The notes under the pieces are model-generated. The model saw nothing but the letters and a program-made list of their open reading frames with translations. It did not search any database and was not told where the DNA came from. A stretch of 64,000 bases of DNA from a virus, in the IMG/VR virus record IMGVR_UViG_3300027788_000004, positions 32,001 to 96,000 of that record, one strand, 5' to 3'. Positions 59,325-64,000 of this stretch are shown piece after piece. The position numbers and the translations under genes are program-made. Position 1 is the stretch's first letter; every line of letters begins with the position of its first letter.

Positions 59325-60521
59325 ATGAAAAGGTATACTTTAATAGTAGATGGTAATTATTTCTTACATAAGACATTCTTTATTTCTGGTAGAATTAAAG
59401 GAAATAAAGGTGCACTAAATTTTATCGATGATCCAGAAAAGGATGCAGATATTTTAATAAACAAATTAGCAACTGACTTTGCATACGAAGTTAGGCGATT
59501 TGCTCCAGTATTAGATGGAATTGTTTATTGCATAGATTCATCTTCATGGCGAAAGGATTTTTATCCAGAATCTAATGAATCTCCAAATGCGGTATCTAAG
59601 GAATATAAAGGCCAACGTAAACGAGATAACACTATAAATTGGAAAGCTATATATGATGTACATGATAAATTCGCAGCATCTCTTAAAAAATTAGGTTGTA
59701 CTATTTCTCGAGTTAGTGGAGCCGAAGCCGATGATCTTATATTCGCATGGTCAGCTTATCTTAATATGAACGAAAAAAATTCTTTAATCTTTTCTGGTGA
59801 TAACGATTTAATTCAATTAGTTTGTAATAACGAATCAAACGATACAAATACAGTATATTACAATAAATTTTCAAAGCGATTATATTCTCCATTAGGTTTT
59901 AGCGAATGGCTATCACAAACAACTACAGAAACTATCGATATATTTGATCAACCTTTAGATCTAACTAGTAATACTAAAATAGGTTTACAAGGTGTTTTAC
60001 GTGGTGTAGAAATTGCGGAAGTAGATACATTAGAATTTGTTTTCAAAAAGATTTTAACCGGCGATTCAGGTGATAATGTTTCTCCTTTACATCAATTCGT
60101 TAAAAAGTTAAAAACTGGAAAAACAAGAGTTTATGGAATAACCGATAAAAAAGCTACTATGATTCTAGAAAAATTCACAAGTAAAAATGGCGATCTAACA
60201 GAATCAACATTCTTTAATCAAAAAACAATTAACGAAATATGTCAAATAACTAGAGATACTTTAGGTATTCATAATAAAACTTTACCAGAACTAGTTGAAA
60301 AATACGAAGCTAATAGAAACTTAATGTATTTACATAACCGAGCTTTACCTGCTGCAATTATGGATGTTATGTTAAAATCTATCGAAGATGCAAAACATAC
60401 TACAATACATGCGATAGATCAAATAAATAAAACAAACATATCTACACCAATTTTGAATAACGAAAAAAACATAACTACCACTAACGAAGCTTCATTCTTT
60501 GGTGGAATAAAATTCGACTAA
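59325..60521 (+). CDS. rnh: 5'-3' exonuclease / T4 RNase H-like flap nuclease
   Basis: LIVDGN, SWRKDFYP, YKGQR, AEADDLI, SGDNDLIQL and LTGDSGDNV. Confidence 0.88.
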   Translation: MKRYTLIVDGNYFLHKTFFISGRIKGNKGALNFIDDPEKDADILINKLATDFAYEVRRFAPVLDGIVYCIDSSSWRKDFYPESNESPNAVSKEYKGQRKRDNTINWKAIYDVHDKFAASLKKLGCTISRVSGAEADDLIFAWSAYLNMNEKNSLIFSGDNDLIQLVCNNESNDTNTVYYNKFSKRLYSPLGFSEWLSQTTTETIDIFDQPLDLTSNTKIGLQGVLRGVEIAEVDTLEFVFKKILTGDSGDNVSPLHQFVKKLKTGKTRVYGITDKKATMILEKFTSKNGDLTESTFFNQKTINEICQITRDTLGIHNKTLPELVEKYEANRNLMYLHNRALPAAIMDVMLKSIEDAKHTTIHAIDQINKTNISTPILNNEKNITTTNEASFFGGIKFD

Positions 60522-60523
60522 TT

Positions 60524-60706
60524 ATGAGCACACCAGACTTCCACAAAACACCAATGGGTAAAAAATACTATGAGTATGATTTACCTCGTCTAATTGAATC
60601 TAATCAACAACTAGCCAAAGAATTAAAAAGACAGAATGATCTAAACGAAAAGATATCAAGGAAAAAGAAACCTGCTCAAGAACTTAAGAGAGGAAGGAAT
60701 CTATAA
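60524..60706 (+). CDS. Small hypothetical protein
   Basis: 60 aa, FHKTPMGKKYYE followed by a coiled coil. Confidence 0.6.
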   Translation: MSTPDFHKTPMGKKYYEYDLPRLIESNQQLAKELKRQNDLNEKISRKKKPAQELKRGRNL

Positions 60707-60725
60707 ACAATTTTTTTCATATAAT
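60697..60725 (+). promoter_or_regulatory. Middle-type promoter GAATC-N16-CATATAAT
   Basis: GAATC at 60697 and CATATAAT at 60718, 16-nt spacer. Confidence 0.6.
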
Positions 60726-60734
60726 AAATAAACT

Positions 60735-61157
60735 ATGCAACTATTCGATTTAGTTAGGGTTATGTTTACAAATCCTAAAAAGTATTCAGATATTAAAAAC
60801 TCAGATAAGGCTAAAAATCATTTTATGATTCAGCGCTTTATGTCTATAAATTATCCTGCACAAGCTCAACAATTAAATAGAAACGGTATTAATGGTGTAG
60901 GTGTTATTGATACTTGGCAATTTATTACATCAAGATTCAAACGTGTCCCTGGTTGGATATATACTAAAACAAAGAAAACTAAAAAACAACAGGCTAAGGA
61001 ATTTACATATTCTCCTGAATTAGTAGATTTGTATATAAGTAAAAACGAAACTTCTAAAAAGGATTTCGATATCTTAACCAAACTTTATCCTAGCGAAATG
61101 CAATCGTATTTCACGAAGCTAAGAAAACAATATGACACTTATGTTAGAAACGAATAA
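60735..61157 (+). CDS. gp62: Clamp loader small subunit (T4 gp62-like)
   Basis: LFD.V...FMIQRFMS......Q.LN...W...K pattern, suitable size, near gp44. Confidence 0.5.
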   Translation: MQLFDLVRVMFTNPKKYSDIKNSDKAKNHFMIQRFMSINYPAQAQQLNRNGINGVGVIDTWQFITSRFKRVPGWIYTKTKKTKKQQAKEFTYSPELVDLYISKNETSKKDFDILTKLYPSEMQSYFTKLRKQYDTYVRNE

Positions 61158-61794
61158 CCAATATCCTTTAGTTGTAGAAGTTACTATGTATCGCCATAAT
61201 TGGACAGATAATAAAATACTTAATGAAATCAAACGTAGTGCAAGGCTTAATAAGGTAGGTAGTTCTAATTCTCATTTTTTTGTTTCTACTAAAGATATTA
61301 AACAAATACTAAATAATAAATTTAGCGAAGATATAGAATATCAAGGAGGATTAACCCAAGAAAAGCTAGTTAAGAATATAACTTCTCCATTCTTCTTACA
61401 TAGTGTTGTGCATACATTTTCAAATTTACGATTTGTAAAATTTAATGTTTCTAATGATAAAGATTATACTAGAAAATCTGGTGATACAGTAACCTTTGAT
61501 TATAAAATTTTACATGCAAGAATAAATTTACCAGAATTAGTAGAATCTAAAACTGAACTTAAGCAATTTCAAAAGTTATTTAAGTTTATTAAATTTTGGA
61601 GTCCTAATAAATTTAATCCTGTTCCATATATTGAAGTGTCTTCTAGGGATCTAATATCTACTATAAATTATCATGAAGGTATGGGAGAAGATTTTGTAAA
61701 GACCTATGCAGATACTATAAACAAATTACTACAATACATAGATCTTAAATTAGAAAGCGATAATTCAGCGCTTCATATTATTTTACTAGATTGA
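61132..61794 (+). CDS. Hypothetical protein
   Basis: 220-aa ORF with no recognised motif. Confidence 0.6.
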   Translation: MTLMLETNNQYPLVVEVTMYRHNWTDNKILNEIKRSARLNKVGSSNSHFFVSTKDIKQILNNKFSEDIEYQGGLTQEKLVKNITSPFFLHSVVHTFSNLRFVKFNVSNDKDYTRKSGDTVTFDYKILHARINLPELVESKTELKQFQKLFKFIKFWSPNKFNPVPYIEVSSRDLISTINYHEGMGEDFVKTYADTINKLLQYIDLKLESDNSALHIILLD

Positions 61795-61821
61795 TATATA
61801 GTTAAAAATAACCTTTTAATT

Positions 61822-62097
61822 ATGTCAAACAATACGAAAACAGGATTTGTCCACAATATGTTAAGCAAAAATGGAAAAGTCTCTAGTAAGAGATTCTGTA
61901 CATTTACTTGTTTATTCTTTATGATGATTGGGTATATAGCTAATTTATTCTGGGGATTTGAAGTACAAGAACATTTGTTTAATTCTTTACAATGGATCGT
62001 TATGGCTGGACTAGGATTTACTGCATCAGAAAACTTTGCTCCAAACAATACTGAATCAGACAAAACAAAAGATGAATTCCCATCAGATAGTGTATAA
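61822..62097 (+). CDS. Two-TM membrane protein, holin candidate
   Basis: SSKR followed by two TM helices and a charged C-terminal tail. Late motif at 61793. Confidence 0.5.
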   Translation: MSNNTKTGFVHNMLSKNGKVSSKRFCTFTCLFFMMIGYIANLFWGFEVQEHLFNSLQWIVMAGLGFTASENFAPNNTESDKTKDEFPSDSV

Positions 62098-62133
62098 TTT
62101 TGTTTGAATATATAATAAAACAAACAACGTAAT

Positions 62134-64000
62134 ATGGCTACTGAAACCATTAAGATAGACTTTACTACGAACAACATTACATATAAAGATGGAGATTCTC
62201 TCATCATTACGTTTAATGGTGCATTTAATAAAGTCGATAAATTCTTATCTTATACAGAGACACAATCACCTAGTGTGTCATCTACTGATTATTTAATGAC
62301 TAACGTTCGATGGTCTAGTGATGATCAAGTATGGTCTGCTTGGCAGCAAATGCCGATCGATTCAGCAGGAAATAAAACATTACCATCTGCGTTAACTACA
62401 CCAGACTTTACTACAGGATCAAACATATCTTTACAATTTAAGTATATAAGAGTTCAACAAAACCCAGATCCATCTATATCAATAAATAGAACCTTAGATT
62501 CAATTGAGATAAGTTTATCTCCAAGTGCACCAGAAACACCATACAAAGCTCCATCAAGTCAAATATGTCCTACTGGAGATTATTTCAAAGGAATAAATGT
62601 TGATTGTGATGGTGGACTTTTTAGAGTTTATGATTTAATGGCTCCGGCAATAGATCTTAATAGAGAATTGGCTTTAGCAGTTAGCGAAATGTTTGGACAT
62701 CAAGTATGTTATTTCAAAACTACTGCAGATCAACGATCTAAAGACTTTATCTTAAAAGAATACTCGTTATATGACGTAACCGATGTAAAAAATGTTAGAA
62801 TTGTAGTACCTGATAATGTATTCCCTGATAATGCTATTCAGTTCACACCTTTTGACATGGATTTTGAAGCACCATTTGAAGTTCAGATTGTTAAAGAAGA
62901 TTTTGAAAAGGCCTTTGGTTATTGTGTAAGACCAGAAGAACGAGATTATCTTTTCTTTCCTTTAGAAAATAGATTATACGAAATACAATCGGCTTACTTA
63001 TTCAAAGACTTTATGAGAAGCGCAACATATTATAAAGTTGCATTATGGAAATGGCAAGATAAAGATAATGTAATGAGACCTGCTGGTAGTACTGCACAAA
63101 CACTTACCGATAGTCTTACTGAAAATTTCGATGATTTATTTAAGGAATCCAATGAATTAGAATTCAAACAAATAACAAAGCCTTTACAATATAATACTAT
63201 AAACATTGGTGATTGGGATTTTGTTAGATCAGAAATTGATGCAAAATTAGATATTAGAAAACATGATATCAATAATTATTTTACGATAGTTGCAAAATAT
63301 GCATATGACCTTAATACAGTAAACTATAACGATAATGCTATTGTGTATAAAACTCCAGTAAGTATCGGAGCTACCGAAGATAGAGTTTATATAACTTGGT
63401 TTAGGGCTAATAGAACTTCGTTTGTTAACCGAGATTTAGGTCCAACTTCTATAAATGAATATCCAACTGGTAGTACAATGCATGGACTAAAATATGATAC
63501 GATTTTAGATGGTTGGGTTGACGGAATACCTGGAACAACAGGACCGAATCCATCTAAAGGAGTTCAAATAAATTTACAGTATGGACCTACTTCTATAGGA
63601 TCTACTAGTACATATTCTACACAAGGTATTGAAGTAAAGGTTAATGATGATATATTTAGATTTAATACTAATTACCTAGAAGCATGGCCAGGAAATGTAT
63701 TTCCAGATTTATTAGTTGATGCAAAACAATATAACAAAACAGTATTAGAAGATTCTAGAAAATGGTATGCATTAGTACTTAATGTTTCTAATACACACGG
63801 AACTATAAATTGCAATGTATGGGAAATGGAATTTGATGCAACTAAACCAGCATACACACAACAAACTACGCAATTAAAATTAGTGTTTGGAGAAACTAAA
63901 ACGTTTAATAAACAAATAGTAGATTCAGGATCTTTTTATCAATTAAAGGGAGTACCGTTAGAGGTAACAAACCTTAGAATACTAACTGAACTAATAAACG
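62134..64000 (+). CDS. gp14: Neck / head-closure protein (T4 gp14-like core with extra domains), 3'-truncated by the window
   Basis: Not in the ORF track because it is open to the window end. MATETIKIDF...EMFGHQVCYF...RPEERDYLFFPLENRLYEI resembles gp14 EPKEGDLIYFPMDNSLFEI. Late motif at 62107. Confidence 0.65.
   Translation, partial: MATETIKIDFTTNNITYKDGDSLIITFNGAFNKVDKFLSYTETQSPSVSSTDYLMTNVRWSSDDQVWSAWQQMPIDSAGNKTLPSALTTPDFTTGSNISLQFKYIRVQQNPDPSISINRTLDSIEISLSPSAPETPYKAPSSQICPTGDYFKGINVDCDGGLFRVYDLMAPAIDLNRELALAVSEMFGHQVCYFKTTADQRSKDFILKEYSLYDVTDVKNVRIVVPDNVFPDNAIQFTPFDMDFEAPFEVQIVKEDFEKAFGYCVRPEERDYLFFPLENRLYEIQSAYLFKDFMRSATYYKVALWKWQDKDNVMRPAGSTAQTLTDSLTENFDDLFKESNELEFKQITKPLQYNTINIGDWDFVRSEIDAKLDIRKHDINNYFTIVAKYAYDLNTVNYNDNAIVYKTPVSIGATEDRVYITWFRANRTSFVNRDLGPTSINEYPTGSTMHGLKYDTILDGWVDGIPGTTGPNPSKGVQINLQYGPTSIGSTSTYSTQGIEVKVNDDIFRFNTNYLEAWPGNVFPDLLVDAKQYNKTVLEDSRKWYALVLNVSNTHGTINCNVWEMEFDATKPAYTQQTTQLKLVFGETKTFNKQIVDSGSFYQLKGVPLEVTNLRILTELIN

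Noticed and set aside
5268-63857. All minus-strand ORFs in the track (e.g. 10219..10605, 31003..31374, 45479..45985, 61773..62207)
   Set aside because: They are shadows of well-supported + strand genes, with F/L/I/S-rich antisense composition and no motifs or leaders.
1-64000. Stop-codon reassignment, as seen in some large phages
   Set aside because: Conserved genes are full length in the standard code, and TAG and TGA both end genes cleanly (e.g. 10992, 13882, 14919, 25409).
1-64000. tRNA, rRNA or structured ncRNA genes
   Set aside because: Intergenic gaps are short and AT-rich. No cloverleaf or extended structure was seen beyond the three terminator hairpins, but a covariance search was not possible.

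Overview
This AT-rich window is part of a large T4-like (myovirus-type, probably jumbo) phage genome. All credible genes are on the + strand and use the standard genetic code. The lack of Shine-Dalgarno sites, the A-rich leaders and a TAnnTTT-type early promoter point to a Bacteroidota (probably Flavobacteriia) host (inference). Virion genes include large tail/baseplate-type proteins, gp3-, gp14- and gp15-like neck/tail proteins, gp2, gp4, the gp20 portal, a fused gp21 protease/scaffold and the gp23 capsid. The replication/recombination set includes gp32, gp61, UvsY, UvsW, UvsX, gp41, gp46/47, gp44/45/62, RNase H, a RuvC-like nuclease, dUTPase, a class II RNR and a family B polymerase split into two genes. 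Three promoter classes can be read directly: a duplicated early cassette, GAAWC-N16-CATATAA (10 copies, one antisense) and a late RATATATA. The most striking feature is about 12 late genes with T4-like capsid-targeting N-termini and repeated [ILVM]-x-E prohead-protease sites. They look like modular cargo polyproteins; one cassette is duplicated between distant genes, and the cargo includes ligase-like nucleotidyltransferases, a HIGH-family NTase, a RimK-protease fusion and a glycine-zipper peptide. Other oddities are a Hedgehog-like C-terminal Hint domain on a tail protein, a stand-alone MBD4-like glycosylase and G-[APS]-T motifs scattered over virion proteins. All family assignments are from motif recognition by eye, not database searches.
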